Positions 41,516 to 56,960 of a DNA stretch of 64,000 nt are shown piece after piece; position 1 is the first letter of the stretch, and every line of letters starts with the position of its first letter. The position numbers and the translations under genes are program-made. This DNA comes from the human T2T-CHM13v2.0 reference genome, Homo sapiens, in assembly GCF_009914755.1 (NCBI RefSeq), contig NC_060925.1. The stretch is one strand, 5' to 3'. The notes under the pieces are model-generated. The model worked only from the letters and a program-made list of their open reading frames with translations. It was not told the origin of the DNA and ran no database searches.

Positions 41516-43034
41516 CTGGCATGGTTTAAATTCTTCAAATACTAAGGTTTGCCTGCTTACAGAGGTTGATAGAACCCAGAGCAATTAGTGTCAAATACTT
41601 TTAATTTTGTATATGAACAAAGATACAGTTTAAAATGTGTACCTTAATGTTTTCAGTGGGGGGATAAGCATTTTAATGAAATAATCAGATTAGGCATATT
41701 AATATGGTCACATATGTTTACAAGATGTAGAAAGTTCTCCTTATGTATTAAAAAGAGACAACTGTAAAAAAAAAATAACAATGCAAAGTGTATCCACATT
41801 CTTCAAATTAGATAGGAAGAAAAGAAAAGAAAGATACAATGTGTCCCTTCCTCCCTTCCTTCCTTTTCTTCTGAACCCTTCCCCACTCCCCAACACATGC
41901 TCCTGGTTATTTACATACATGACCTCCTTGTACTCCTATGTTGGTCTTCTTAAGCCAGAGAAGCAAGAAAGTATAAATAAATAAAGTAGAAAATAAATAA
42001 ACAAACTAAGAAAGCTTCAAATAGAGGGCGTCTGTCCCAGAAACCTTCGGTGGCTCTGAACTGTAGAAATCACTGATCAGAGACACTGAGACACGTGGCC
42101 ATGGGACTTTGCAGGATATACCCAAGGACAGGTGGCTGTGGCTTCCAGAGGCTCTGTTGTACAGTGGGTGTAATCAATACAGCAAAGGCTTTAGAGGCTG
42201 ACAGACCTATGTTTGAATCGTGTCTCTACCATGCGTTAGCTGTGTGCTCTTGGACATGTCGCTTGGTGTTTCTGAGTCTCAATTCTCTCAAACATAAAAT
42301 GAGGAAATAATAAGGGATAATAGTACTTACCTTATAGAGTTGTGAGAATTTGGGGAGGTAATGTAGGTAAAGCACTCACCCCAGGCCAGTGTTTAACAAA
42401 AGTGAGTTCCCTTCCTCTCCAGGGGAATTCTTCATCCAGGACTTTGTAGATTATAGTTTCTAACAGACTCCTGGGAGGAATCATGGCCAAGGCCTTTACT
42501 CTGGGGCCTTGAGCCACTCTCTTTTCTCCTGATTTGGGGAGGAGTCCTCCCCATCTTTCTTAATAAGTCTCAGAGAAGAAAGAGATGGAGAGGACAACAA
42601 CTTTTTAAAGGCTGGCGTATTGGTCCCCTCCTTTTTACCTTCCAATTAAAGGAAAGAAGACTGGCAGAGAGAGGGAAGCTGGGTCAGGACTTATCATCAT
42701 GGCTGGGGCAATCACCCCTAACATCTGTCCGGGAATTTTAATGTTTCAGAGTTTTACCACATCTCTGATTTCCCTTTATCCCTAGAAGCACCTCCAAGGA
42801 TCACGTAGGACCAGCAGAAGCAGCGTAAAGTATTGGAACTTTGAATCTGACATCAGAAAGACCTGCACTCAGCCGGGCACGGTGGCTCACGATTGTAATC
42901 CCAGGCCGAGGCGGTGGATCACTTGAGGTCAGGAGTTGGAGACCAGCCTAGCCAACATGGTGAAACCCTGTCTCTACTAAAAATAGAAAAATTAGGCAGG
43001 CGTAGTGGTGCATGCCTGTAGTCCCAGCTACTCA

Positions 43035-43142
<108 letters not shown>

Positions 43143-43267
43143 TCAAACAAACACAAAAAGAGCTGTACTTAAATTCTAGCTTTTCTACTTACCTTAACAG
43201 ATGTATGTCTTCAGGCAAATTATTTAACTTTTCTGAGTCTCCTTTTCACATTTAGAAGTAGGAGACT

Positions 43268-43531
43268 TTCACAGTGTCATATTTTCACCCCCATCAATAT
43301 TATTGATGCTTGCTCATTTTCTAATGTGGGACCTGAAATTTACCAGGTGCTTAAAGAATCTTTTTGTTTTTCAGATTCACTGATTCTAGGTAAATCAGAG
43401 GAACAAGCAACATGAACAGAAAAAATGTAGAAAATGCAATTATGCTGAAGTACAATTGTTGTTTCAGAAGTCCAGCATCTGGTGTACTTAACAATAGAGA
43501 ATATATTAAATTTTTCCAAAATAAAAAAAAC
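43268..43531 (+). pseudogene. 5'-truncated processed retrocopy (3'UTR fragment of an unidentified mRNA)
   Basis: Non-repeat AT-rich sequence ending in ATTAAA (43505-43510) plus an A-tract. Flanked by the perfect 12-bp TSD AAGTAGGAGACT (43256-43267, 43532-43543), interrupting a MIR. Confidence 0.75.
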
Positions 43532-43793
43532 AAGTAGGAGACTCGCTAGTGAAAATTAAATGGCATATGCAAAGTCTTTAATACAGCATTTGGTACATGA
43601 GAGGGACTCAGTAAATTTTAGTAACTTATAATTATTAGGAAGACTATGACTGCCCCCATTTAAAAGATCAGCAGTCTGAGGCTTATAAAGACCAAGACTT
43701 ATTCAAGTCTTGTGATTTCCAGCCTGAGGCTCTTTCTACTTTGTGAAAACTGAGAGACTGTGGCTCAGTGGCTCTGAGCTCAGAGGGCTTTAC

Positions 43794-43937
43794 CTGCCAA
43801 AGGTCCAGGCTGAGAACACTAATGTTATAATAGTGACAAATGGTGGCGTCAGGCTTATATTTAGGGTTGTCTATTTTGGGATGAATCTACTCCCCCTGGT
43901 AATTGGGATTTTCAATGATCCAAGGTTTCCATTCTCC
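43794..43937 (-). pseudogene. CALR4P: CALR4P exon 7 equivalent
   Basis: tgcttag|...|gtaaag, 144 nt. GEWKPWIIENPNYQGE*IHPKIDNPKYKPDATICHYYNISVLSLDLWQ. TAG replaces a conserved Trp at 43889-43887. Confidence 0.93.
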
Positions 43938-44011
43938 CTAAGCAAAGAACCAGTGAACAAGGCATTAGTATTTTGTCATTCTTCTGATCTCATGCAATCA
44001 GAAAGGCCAAT

Positions 44012-44426
44012 TGATATGGTTTGGATCTGTGTCCCCACCCAAATCTCATGTCAAATTGTAATCCCCAGTGTTGGAGGTGAGGCCTGGTGGGAGGTGATTG
44101 GATCATGGGGGCAGAGTTCTCATAAATGGTTTAGCACGATCCCCCCTTGGTACTGCATAGTGAGTGAGTTATCATGATATCTGGTTACTTTTAAATTGTG
44201 TAGCACCTCCCCCCTTTCTCTCTTGCTCCTGCTCCCACCGTGTGAGAAACCCTGCCATCACTTTCCGCCATCACAGTGGACACCTGAGGCCTCCCCAGAA
44301 GCTGATGCTGCCATGCTTTCTGTATAGCTATAGCCTGCAGACCCATGAGCCAATTAAGCCTCTTTTCTTTATAAATTACCCAGTCTCAGGTATTTCTTTA
44401 TAGCAATGCAAGAATGGACTAATACA
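44012..44426 (+). mobile_element. MaLR solo LTR (MST family)
   Basis: TGATATGGTTTGGATCTGTGTCCCCACCCAAATCTCATG...GGACTAATACA with 5-bp TSD CCAAT. Confidence 0.9.
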
Positions 44427-44911
44427 CCAATTGATTTATGAGGCAGTTGTGTATTAGACATAAGGATTCAGAGAAGGATTCCAGGAGCTTCTTTCCCTTT
44501 CTTTGAGTTAATGCACAAGATTCTTTCAAATTCCCCTTGCTACCCAGAGGAAGCCAAGCGAGGTGGCAGGGACCCATTCTGAGCTTGGCCCCATGTCTGC
44601 ACCAGCTCATTCATGAAATAAAGAAAATGTAGCTTCTCAGAGAATATCATCTGAGTATCCTGGCAGTTGAGGCCGTTCTCTTCCTGGTGTGTAGTGTAGG
44701 AAACTGTGGCCAAATAAAATCATGCTTGCTTCAGTCAGTTTTACCTCTGGACAATTTGACACTGATTCCTTTCGTTCTTCTTGCTTCTAACATGAGGTCA
44801 GGAGTTAGCTCTTAAAAATAAGTGTCCCTTGGCTGGGTGCAGTGGTTCACTCCTGTAATCCTAGCACTTTGGGAGGCAAAGGCAGGCGGATCGCTTGAGG
44901 TCAGGAATTCA

Positions 44912-45241
<330 letters not shown>

Positions 45242-45528
45242 CTATTTTGACCACATTCCTGTGACTGGCTGCTTTCCACCACTCTGGACAAACTCCAGGC
45301 CCAGGGCTGCCTGGCCCTATACCTGTCAAAGTTGGCCTTTACCAGCCCACCCCGTCCAACGTAGGCATAGCCCTGTGAGCAGGGCTCAGATGAGGGTACA
45401 GTCTTATTTGCGGGGTTTAGGGGAAGGGAAGATGACCACAGGATCTCAGAATTTCTGTTTCATCAATTAGCGTTGACATGTCTTTTGTCTCATTTCTCAC
45501 ACCCATTGGAAAGAGAGACCCCCCTCAC

Positions 45529-45642
45529 CTTATACTTCGGATTTGGCATCAGAGGCCTTTCCCACTCCCCATCCATAGCCTCCTTCCAGTTATCTGGCTT
45601 CTTGGCTTCTGGATCCAGGATGTATTCAAAGTCTTCCCAGTA
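45529..45642 (-). pseudogene. CALR4P: CALR4P exon 6 equivalent (P-domain tip), open and with intact splice sites
   Basis: attttag|...|gtgagg, 114 nt. YWEDFEYILDPEAKKPDNWKEAMDGEWERPLMPNPKYK versus CALR [38 protein letters not shown]. Confidence 0.93.
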
Positions 45643-45955
45643 CTAAAATGAAATGTTCCTTCATGAGGATAGATGCGTAGGCTGAGAAAAAACTGGGGTC
45701 CAGGCTGGGCGTGGTGGCTCACATCTATAATCCTAGCACTTTGGAGGCCAACGTGGGAGGACTGCTTGAGCCCAGGAGTTCAAGACCGGCCTGGGCAATA
45801 TAGTGAGACCCCATCCCTACCCCAAAGAACTTTAAAAATTAGGCAAGTGTGGTGGCATGCACCTGGTGGGAGGATCTGAGCCCAGGAGGCAGAGGTCACA
45901 GTGAGCCATGATCATGCCATTGCACTCTAGCCTGGGTGACAGAGCGAGATCATCT

Positions 45956-45988
<33 letters not shown>

Positions 45989-48248
45989 AAGCAAGAAAGA
46001 AAAGAGAAGAAAGGAAAAGAAAAGAAAAGAAAACGGGGGTCCAGAGTGCTGTCAGGCTGGACCTGGCTCCTTCCCTCTGCCCCCTCCCATCATCATCTAT
46101 ATGAAGGTCCAGCTCAGGACCTGTAAACAAATGCAGGGCAGAAAAGAAAGAGGCTTTAAGCACTTCCAATCCCTCCTCTGGGTTCACTATCATTTTGACC
46201 TTGAGTTCTTTAAGCTTAAGTAAGATGGGAATTTCCCTTGTCTCTGGCCACACCCTCCCCCACAATCATGGGCCCTTATTGTTATAATAGGTATTTTAGC
46301 CTAGGTCCCTCTTCTTGAAGGCCTCTTGGTGACCTGCTTTGTATCCCAGTATGCTCCCAGGCCTGTGTCAGTCCTTCCTTGTACCCCAGGACCCTCTGAT
46401 TTCCTAAGACAGAGATCTACAAGATCAAAAACAGCCTACCCCAACTTTTATATTTCTATGCTGTGGAGCCTCCAAGGCTTTGCTCTGCCTGCCTGGCAGT
46501 TTGCTTTGGTTGTGACCATTTGTCCAGAATGACTGAAGGCTTCTATGCCAGCCCACCAAATTCACAGTCATTCAACACAATTGTGATTGGGAAAGTTCTC
46601 TGGTTCCTAGCCTGTTCTAGCCGTTTTATGATTCCTAAGACAGACAGCATCCTATCCTGGGGGCTATAGTTGTGACAGTGCCCTGTTGATTTAATCAGTT
46701 TCCATCTTCCCTTGTTCCACTCAACAGGGAGCATAGAGGCCTGCAGCCTCTCTACTCTCCCCAAGTCCTTGAGCCAAGCCAACCCTGACTACATCAGGTG
46801 CATGGTCCTCACCAGGAGGGGAGGGTCCATGTTTAGTCTTCCTACCCTAAGCCTGCCTTCTGGGCATGGCAGCAACCCAGCCCCTTATTTTTCCATGGTG
46901 CTGAAGGCCCAGACACTTTGCCTGATCATCTGCCTTAATTCCCTTACTACACCTCCCTCCACCAAGGATTGGGGCCCTTTGCTAAATCTCCCTACACGTG
47001 GCTAGGCAACTGCCCGTCTCTCTGCAGGCCTCTCTTTAGGGGCTGGACTCCAGTTACCTGGTCCCATGCTGACCCCTGCCTGACCTCAAGCATCTCTTCT
47101 GCATGACACTGACTCTGCTCTGACCTGCAGAGTAGCAATGTGGTGGGTGAGGCCCTTCCTGGCCTGGCTCCAACAGACCTTTCCAACCTTATCTCCTACC
47201 ATGCCCCACCTTGAACCTTATGTTCCCCAAATACTGAACTACTGCTGTCAGTTTTTTACACACCATGTTATTTCCTAACTAACCACTGTGCCTTTGCTCC
47301 TGCTGTTCCCTGAGTCTGGAATGTCTTCCCTCCACCCCAGTTTCCCTCTTACTTTTCTCTAATAAATCTATTATTTGAAATTCAGCATATTATTAACATA
47401 TAAAGGCCATACATTAAGGACTTCCTATATACCAGACACTACATTATGTATTTTTTATTAGCTCATTTAATCTTCACAGTAACCTTCACACGTAAGTATT
47501 AAAATAATACCTGTTTGTGAAGTTGACTTTCACAGCAGTTATATTCCTTGTGCAGAGTTAACTGCTAGTAGGATGGGGTCCCATAGTTAGAAAAAGGTGG
47601 TGCTCCAACCCATATCAGCCTGACCCCAGAGTTTATGTTTCCAACTCCTAGGTTAACTCACTCACTCAAGCATTTCCTTCTCTTTCTCAGACCACTGCCT
47701 ACACCTCAACTCAGGCTGGGCTGGGATCCGCTTTTGGGCTCTCACTGGCTTGCCTCCCTGGCTCTCAGCACTGATCACATATTTTGATCTTTGTTTTCTT
47801 ATCTGCCTCCCTTACTATATTCAGAATCCCTAGAGGGCAAGGGTTGTTCTATTCATAGCTATATCCAGTACAGCTTTCCAGAATAATAATAATGAGCCAA
47901 TGAGTATACTCCACACATTCCCCATATTGATAACTTAAGAGTCAAAAAGATGTAGGTTCAAATCTTGGTTCTAACGCATGTATGCTTGGGCAAGTTACTT
48001 CATTTTCTAAGCATCAGTTTCCTTATCCACAAAAGAGGGATCATAACACATTGTTCACAGAGGCTGCTGGATCCCCAACAAAGGTGAGTGGCTGCCCTCT
48101 TCCCTCCATGCCTCTTTGGAAAACAATATCTAGCTGAACAACTCCTTGAGGGATTGATGTCCCCAGTCTCTGCTCCATCATTCCCAGCCTCCTTCTCCTA
48201 TCTCCACAGCTGAGATCCCACCTGCTTCCCAGCCAAATGCCCTCTGAT

Positions 48249-48457
48249 GTCAGGTTTCTTGTCTTCCAGATCCTCTATGTGCAGGCGTTCATCCCATTTC
48301 TTTGGTTTCTGGGCGTAGGGTCTTTTATTTTCCTGGGAGGCAAGAAGTCCCAGTCCTCCTCCAGAGCCCCAGCTGCCACCTGCTGGTTGTCAATTTTAAC
48401 CTCATAAGTAGCATTGGGGCGAATAATCAGAGTGTACAGGTGAGGGTCTTTATTGAT
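48249..48457 (-). pseudogene. CALR4P: CALR4P exon 5 equivalent
   Basis: tttatag| acceptor, 209 nt. INKDPHLYTLIIRPNATYEVKIDNQQVAAGALEEDWDFLPPRKIKDP[1-nt deletion near 48318]YAQKPKKWDERLHIEDLEDKKPD. The donor reads ATCAGA instead of GT. Confidence 0.93.
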
Positions 48458-49667
48458 CTATAAAGGGAATGGGGAAATATTTCAGTTCCATTTTGAACAT
48501 CTTTAGATCCCAAGCATTAAATGCACCAGACCCTCAGTTCCCTGAATGCCACCACCCACATAGTCACAAACAAACCTTACCACACTCTTTAACCCATTTT
48601 TCTGGTTAACCTTATATGGATTCTGGGCCTCTTCTCATAGTACACACTCCTCTGGTCTCCCTAGCCTTCATCCTTCCCTGCACTGCAGCTCTCATCATTC
48701 TCTGATCTTACCTGTCTTTCTGCCTGTCCCACTAGACTGTGAGCAGGTGTCATATATGATTTGTCTGTTGTGTCTGCAGCTTCCAGCATGAGGCCTGCCC
48801 CAGAGGAGGATCTCAGAGAGCTCCTGCATGGTACAGCCTTTACACAGTCTTGCTAAAGAAGGCCTTGGGTGTGAAACACTCATTCTCCAATGACTCCTGT
48901 GGGCTTTTCTAGGCTCGGTTCCTGCCTCTCTCCATGCTCCCACTTGCAGTGCTACTCTTTCTCAAGTCGCTGTGACTTTCCTTCTGTGATTATCTTTTCT
49001 AAGAATTCAATTCTCCCTAAAATTGTCTTATCGCTTCACAAGATCAAGTCATGTTCATCTTCTGAAGTGCAGCTCAGGAGAACTCTTACCTAAGAAGTAT
49101 TTCCTTAGCCTCCAGGTTGGGTAGGGGTCCTCTTCTGTGCTCCCACAGATGCCCAGCATACTAGGTAGTCACTTTGCTTGACTCTTACCTTCATTGACTG
49201 TGAGTTCTGTGAAGTCAAAGGCCATGTCTGGCCCACTCTGTCCCCAGCCTAAGGCCCAAAACAGAGTTAGTATTTGAATCCCTGTTGAGTTGCTGATGAA
49301 ATCCACCTACTATCCTCTAGCCAACCTAGGTGTCTCTAACTTGATGTTACTATGATAAACTGACTACCCATCCCCATTTCTAAGTCCAACACTCCCTCCC
49401 TCCCCCATCCTCTCCCATGTCTAGCAGTGGGGAACTGGGCTATGCCAAGCATTGTTCCACAGGAGGACCTCATATAACTTCTTAGGCTTTTGGATCAACT
49501 GCTCCTTGATGAAATCCTGCAATTTACAGCATTTCTCTAGATCTACTTTTTAACCTGTAAAATGGAGATGACAGTATTTAATTTATAAGATTTTGTAAGA
49601 ATTAAATGAGATAACACATATAAAATGCATCTCCTTCCCCCTTGGCTGAGGACCAGCACACACTCAC

Positions 49668-49759
49668 CCTGCACTTGATGGTCTTGTTCTCATGGTATTT
49701 CTCTCAGTAATGAGGGATGACCTGTACTTTGTTGTTGCCAAAGCCACAAATGTCAGGGC
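49668..49759 (-). pseudogene. CALR4P: CALR4P exon 4 equivalent
   Basis: tttccag|...|gtgagt, 92 nt. GPDICGFGNNKVQVIPHY*EKYHENKTIKCR. TGA at 49706-49704; one codon shorter than CALR. Confidence 0.92.
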
Positions 49760-49847
49760 CTGGAAATTAAACCCCAAAGCATAATTTCACATAGCTTTAA
49801 GGCAGTTTGCCTGGTCTAAGGCCAAGACCCAAGACAAACACAGCATG

Positions 49848-50175
49848 TGTATTAATCAGAGTCCCAGCAGGATATAGATGGCACAATCAAATTTGGGATT
49901 ATTTGAGAAGGATTTAATAAAAGGACTATTTACAAAGGTTGGGGCAGGACATTGTGAAAACATAAAGTATAGTGCTATGCTCAGGGCTAGCAACAATGGG
50001 GTTCTACCCCTAGGCCTAAAGGGGCTAGAAGGAGTGCTTGCCAGAGCCTGGAAGAAAGAATCCTGTGGAAAAGACAGGCAAGAGAGAAGCTGACTTTCAG
50101 TTGAGGAACACAACTCTCTTTTCCATCTCTGATCTCCCAGGGCTCCCATTGACCAAACCCAACCAGAAACCCCTT
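49848..50175. mobile_element. Old ERVL/MaLR-class LTR fragment (LTR33/LTR41-like)
   Basis: tgtattaatcagagtcccagcagga...gatggcacaatcaaatt...tttaataaaaggactatttacaaagg resembles recalled ERVL LTR ends. Confidence 0.5.
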
Positions 50176-50649
50176 CTGTGTCAGGCATTTTATACCATGT
50201 CATTTAATTCTTACAAGTAGGTGTTACTATCCCCCACTTTTAGCTGGGAAAATTGTGGCTCAGAACAGTTAAGCAGGTTGCTCAAAGACAAACAGCTAGT
50301 AAGTAGCATTGTTGGTATTCAAACCCAAGGCTACCTAGAAACAGAGCCTGGGGCCCTTTATGCTTTGTAAAAACTCTAGAGGGAACTCTAGAGATCATCA
50401 GTGTCTCTGAGCCCAGAAAGCCTTATCTGCCAACAGTTGGGAATAGATTTAACATAATTTTCTTTTCTTTTCTTTTTTTTGAGACGGAGTCTCAGAGTCT
50501 CACTCTGTCACCCAGGCTGTCGCCCAGGCTGGAGTGTAGTGGTGCAACCTCAGCTCACTGCAACCTCTGCTTCCCAGGTTCAAGCAATTCTGCTGCCTCA
50601 GCCTCCTGAGTACCTGGAATTACAGGCTCCCGCCACCACACCTGGCTAA

Positions 50650-50775
<126 letters not shown>

Positions 50776-51463
50776 TAGCCACCATGCCTGGCTAATGTTT
50801 GTATTTTCAGTAGAGATGGGGTTTCACCATGTTGGCCAGGATGCTCTCGAACTCCTGACCTCAAGTGATCTACCCGCCTCAGCCCCCCGCCACCCAGAGT
50901 GCTGGAATTACAGGGGTGAGCCACTGCACCCAGCCTTAACTTAATTTTCAACCTTACCTCCCATGTTACCACTCTCACTATCCAAAACACACACGTGCTT
51001 AAGTAAGATCTGGACTGCCCCAAGGAGGCCTAGTTACATATTTAGGTTACAGATACAACACTCTGGACACATTTCAGATGCTAAAAAAAGGTCACTTCCT
51101 TGACCTCCTGTGCCTTTCTCTCACTGAGGCAGAGTACAATGCCTTATTGTAGTGTACCTGTGAGAGGGTCTACGTAGCTGATGACCTCCTTCTCCTCTTC
51201 TGAGAACTGGAAAATGTCTCCCTGTGCTATAGATTTCTTAATATGGTACCATGTGCCTCCCCACCTCTGTGGTTTACTTATATTAACATTCAGGTTTAGA
51301 GTTGCTTTTTTCAGGTCTTTGAAGAGTCCTGCCACATGGAGGCGGGGTGGAGTTATCATATTAGACATTTTCTGTTCCAAGTGAATCTGAGCGTTTTCAA
51401 CAACTACAGTGGCTGTCATTAGGACCTAATGGAGCTGACAGTGACTGCTATCAGAGAGCTTAC

Positions 51464-51666
51464 CAAACATGATGTAATACTTGGATCCTGAGTGCATATC
51501 CTCCTGGTTCAGGGTGGCAGGAAAGAGTTTTACATATCCGCCACCACAATACTTCCTTTGCTTGTGTTTTACTGAAAACTGAAACACCAAGGTCTCATTC
51601 TCATTGCTGAATGCTTCAACCTGGTTGAGAAGGCATAAAACTTGGCATGTTCACTGGTTTGGAGAC
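51464..51666 (-). pseudogene. CALR4P: CALR4P exon 3 equivalent
   Basis: cttctag|...|gtaagc, 203 nt. GLQTSEHAKFYAFSTR[1-nt deletion near 51618]EAFSNENETLVFQFSVKHKQRKYCGGGYVKLFPATLNQEDMHSGSKYYIMFG. Confidence 0.94.
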
Positions 51667-52705
51667 CTAGAAGCAGAAAGCACAGAGTCTTCAGGCTTAA
51701 ATACCCAAAAAGCAGCCAGAGAGATCCAGCACTTGACCTCACCAATCTCTGGTATTTTCTTCCATACCTGTGCTGAAAGCTTTGCACACATACTTTTATT
51801 CAAGCCTCAGAGCAACCCTGCAAAATGAGTATTATCTCCACTTTACAATCAGGAGGCTGAGTCATAAGGAGGTGAGTCACCTGCCTAGGGCCACATAGCT
51901 AGCAAGGAGCCAAGCTGGAATTTTAAGCCACGTTTGTCTGATTCTTTCTGCATACCATGCTACCTCTGATTTTCAAGAGATACTTGAAGACTGTTCTACA
52001 ACTTTACAAAACAAAGGCCTGTTTTTCCGAGGCTCCCCTGGGTGACCAGAATGAGGTTCTACCATACAAAAATGCTGTGGTAGAAAGAGCCCCTGCACTT
52101 TCTGGACATCTTTCTACCATAGCCTCGTAGATCAAATAGTAATCACTGCTAACATTCACTGAACACTTACTCGTTACCAATGTGTTTCATTCACATATAT
52201 TACTACTGTACTTAATCTTCATAATAACCCCATGAAGTGGGTTCTCCTAATTTCTCTGCTTTATCATGAAGCCATTGAGGCTATTTCACTTGTGCAGGAT
52301 CACTCAACCAGTTCATTTAATTCTAGAGCCCCCATCTTCAACTATAAGACTTTACTTCCTCCTCCAGAGAGTATCAGGGTAATAATAGATCTCAGAGCCT
52401 TTCTAGTCTAACCACATTACTTTATAGATGAGCAGACCAAGCCCCAGGGAGGAAAGGTTACTTACTCAAGATGACAGAGTCACAAATGAAATCATGCCAT
52501 ACAAGCAAAGTCTCCTGGCCTCCAGGCTAGTGGTCTTTCTATTATTCCATGCTGCTGCCCAGCTTACTGGTTAGGGCTCTGTTAACTCTCTGAGTCTCAG
52601 TTTCATATCAGCAAAACGTGGAGAATTATTCCTATCTCATAGGATTCCTGGTGAAGGTCAAGTGAGTAAGAGATCTGAGAAGTACTTTGTAAACTGTCAA
52701 CATAA

Positions 52706-52915
<210 letters not shown>

Positions 52916-53380
52916 TAGTAGAGATGGGGTTTCAGCATGTTGGCCAGGCTGGTCTCGAACTCCTGACAGGCGTGAGTCACCACACCCGGCTGGGTCCTTC
53001 CTTATGATCCCACAGCTCTCTGTACTTTCCTGGGTCACACTATGTTGAAACTAGGTTTATTTCAGTCTCTTTGAATAATTTTTAGCTTCTGAAGAACAGG
53101 TGCATCTTTATATTCCCTGAATCTGGAACAGGACCTGACATAGAAGAAAGACTCAATAAGTATGTGTTAAATTACACAGAAGAATCACAGGTCCTGATTC
53201 AGACATCTCAAGAGCACTTATTGTACACCAGGCTCTGTGGTAAACACTTTCATGTCTGACATTATGTTAGGAGTTGTCTACATTTTAAATAATATGCTTG
53301 GCCTGGCATGGTGGTTCATGCCTCTAATCCCAGTACTTTAGTATGTCAGGGCAGGAGGACTGCTTGAGGCCAGGAGTTTA

Positions 53381-53615
<235 letters not shown>

Positions 53616-54770
53616 TTACTTCCCCAAAGACCCCAAGAACAGCTAGAGTAACCAGGGAAGACTTCACGGAGGAGGGCGTGTGCACAAGGCAAAGAGCACC
53701 GAACCTGCAGGCAAGACCAAGTTTTGAGTCTCTATTCTGCCAAACCCTACTTCGTAGCTCAATTCCACCTGCCTTCTCTCTGAGCCTCTTTTGTAACCCA
53801 GGACTCTTCTAAAGAACTAGGAGGAATCCAATGAACCTGAGTGGGATACAATGTGAGGGACAACAACCAAGAAACCACACTGAGAGGAGATGAGTGGCTG
53901 AGCAGACTACCCTCACTGGCATCACCAAGGCACAGCTTCCCGTGGGTCACACCGTCTCCAATTTCTCTCTACTCTGGAAATGGTTTTCCCTTTAATACCG
54001 TTTAATACTCTGGGAACAGTTTTCCAGAGTGGATTTAAAATTTAAGATTCTCAAGCCAGTTCATAATTCTCTCCTTTAATCAATATGAAAATGAGATTCA
54101 TAACAGTAGCCAGGAGGAAGAAGATAGGAAATCACTTCAGGGAAAGATCAATGAATTCTACTTAGCGGACAAAAGCTTTCTCAGACAAAAAACCCAATCC
54201 TGCAGAACTTGTGCTCAGAGCTCACCCTTCCTCCACAATGTTATTTGGCTCTTAACAAAAGCCCTGTCTAATGAGCATGGCAGGCAATGGTTATTATCTC
54301 CATCTAGTATTGAAGCTCAGAGAAATAAGAATTGCCGAAATTATGCAGCTAGTAAGTCATGGGAGTTAGCCCTAGGTCTGTCTGCTCCTCTCTCCGTCAC
54401 ACTAAGCTCCTCTAGGGAAGAAGAACATTTGGATGTTATACAGTGTCTTCCCCTGTTTCAAGTGCAGCGTGCTATTTTTAAAATCCTAGGGGGTTGGGGA
54501 AAGCAGCATAGTCCAGCAGTAATGAATATAGTCCCTACAGTCAGATCCAGAATCAGATTCTACCTCTTGCCAGCTGTGTATATAGCCTTGGGCAAATAAC
54601 CTCTCTGAGGCTCCTCTGAAAAACTGGGAAAGTAATAGTAATCACATATTAAAGTTGTTAGGAAGACTAACGGGGATTTGTGGAAGGGCTTAGTTTTGAA
54701 CTCCTGTTATTCAATGAATGGACATATTATATTTGTGGAGAGTTCATTCTTTTCCATCTGCTAATTTTTT

Positions 54771-54797
54771 TAGTATATGTGCTGCCAAAGTGAGCAC
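54771..54797 (-). pseudogene. 3'-truncated (tailless) U6 snRNA retro-fragment, nt 1-27
   Basis: Minus strand GTGCTCACTTTGGCAGCACATATACTA matches the U6 5' end with two CpG transitions. Flanked by 18-bp repeats at 54753-54770 and 54798-54815 (one mismatch). Confidence 0.85.
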
Positions 54798-54808
54798 TCC
54801 ATCTACTA

Positions 54809-55836
<1,028 letters not shown>

Positions 55837-55869
55837 TTATATGTGCTAATACTGAGTTCCAGTATTTAC

Positions 55870-55971
55870 CTTTATCTTTTTCTTTGTCTCCATAAAATTA
55901 TCCTGCAGCGAGCTGAAATTTACCATAATCCGGCTGATGTTTAGACTGCACCCATCGTTTTTTCCATTCAT
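55870..55971 (-). pseudogene. CALR4P: CALR4P exon 2 equivalent
   Basis: ctcatag|...|gtaaat, 102 nt. DEWKKRWVQSKHQPDYGKFQLAAG*FYGDKEKDKG versus CALR DGWTSRWIESKHKSDFGKFVLSSGKFYGDEEKDKG. TAA at 55900-55898. Confidence 0.93.
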
Positions 55972-56253
55972 CTATGAGTAAAGGAGAAAAAAAGAACGTA
56001 AAGACAAAATGCAGCTAATACTGACCAAGACTTACAGGAACGGTAAAGGTATGTCAAGGGATGACTCTGATATTCCTGAAATTCCTTTCATTGTCCAATT
56101 GTCTGAATCCCACTATTTGTGTATTATCATGTGGAGTGGCTTGAATACCAAGTAGTTGAGGCACTTCTACTTTAATATCCTACTTCACCCTCCTCCATGA
56201 CAATTAAGAGCTGAAAATCACCATGGGAATGTATGGTTGAAAGGCATGAAACA

Positions 56254-56603
<350 letters not shown>

Positions 56604-56799
56604 GAAAGGCATGAAACATTTATTCTCATAAAAGTAGATGGAAAAATGTGCTTAGAGGGACTCATCCCTTACACATATTTATGTTTAGTAAAATAATAAA
56701 ATCAGCTCACCAAGTAAAGAGATTAGCAACAACATTTTATACCTTCTTGAATTAGTAATGATGACAATGAGCAATCAATTTCCATTTACCCTGTTCTGT

Positions 56800-56960
56800 T
56801 TCTTAAACTTTTTAATCTCTTTCTTGTAGTTTCAAGGAGATGCTGATAAATTTGTTTTGCTTTGGCATGGATGGCATGTAGACAAAGAGGCATTCTTCTT
56901 GGGTCTTGGCACTCCAACCAAATGTTCAGTGCCTTTCTGATTTTATGCTTCAGAGTTGCT
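56800..56960 (-). mobile_element. Tigger/pogo-like DNA transposon remnant (CENP-B-type HTH)
   Basis: Translation RKALNIWLECQDPRRMPLCLHAIHAKAKQIY resembles the pogo/Tigger motif EKxLxxWxExQxxxRxPLSxxxIxAKAKxLF. Confidence 0.6.

Noticed and set aside
43743-44177. 144-aa plus-strand ORF
   Set aside because: Antisense shadow of CALR4P exon 7 running into an MST LTR.
51144-51419. 91-aa minus-strand ATG ORF next to CALR4P exon 3
   Set aside because: No recognisable homology or clear splice structure; treated as intronic chance ORF, though a BLASTX would be needed to exclude a diverged fragment.
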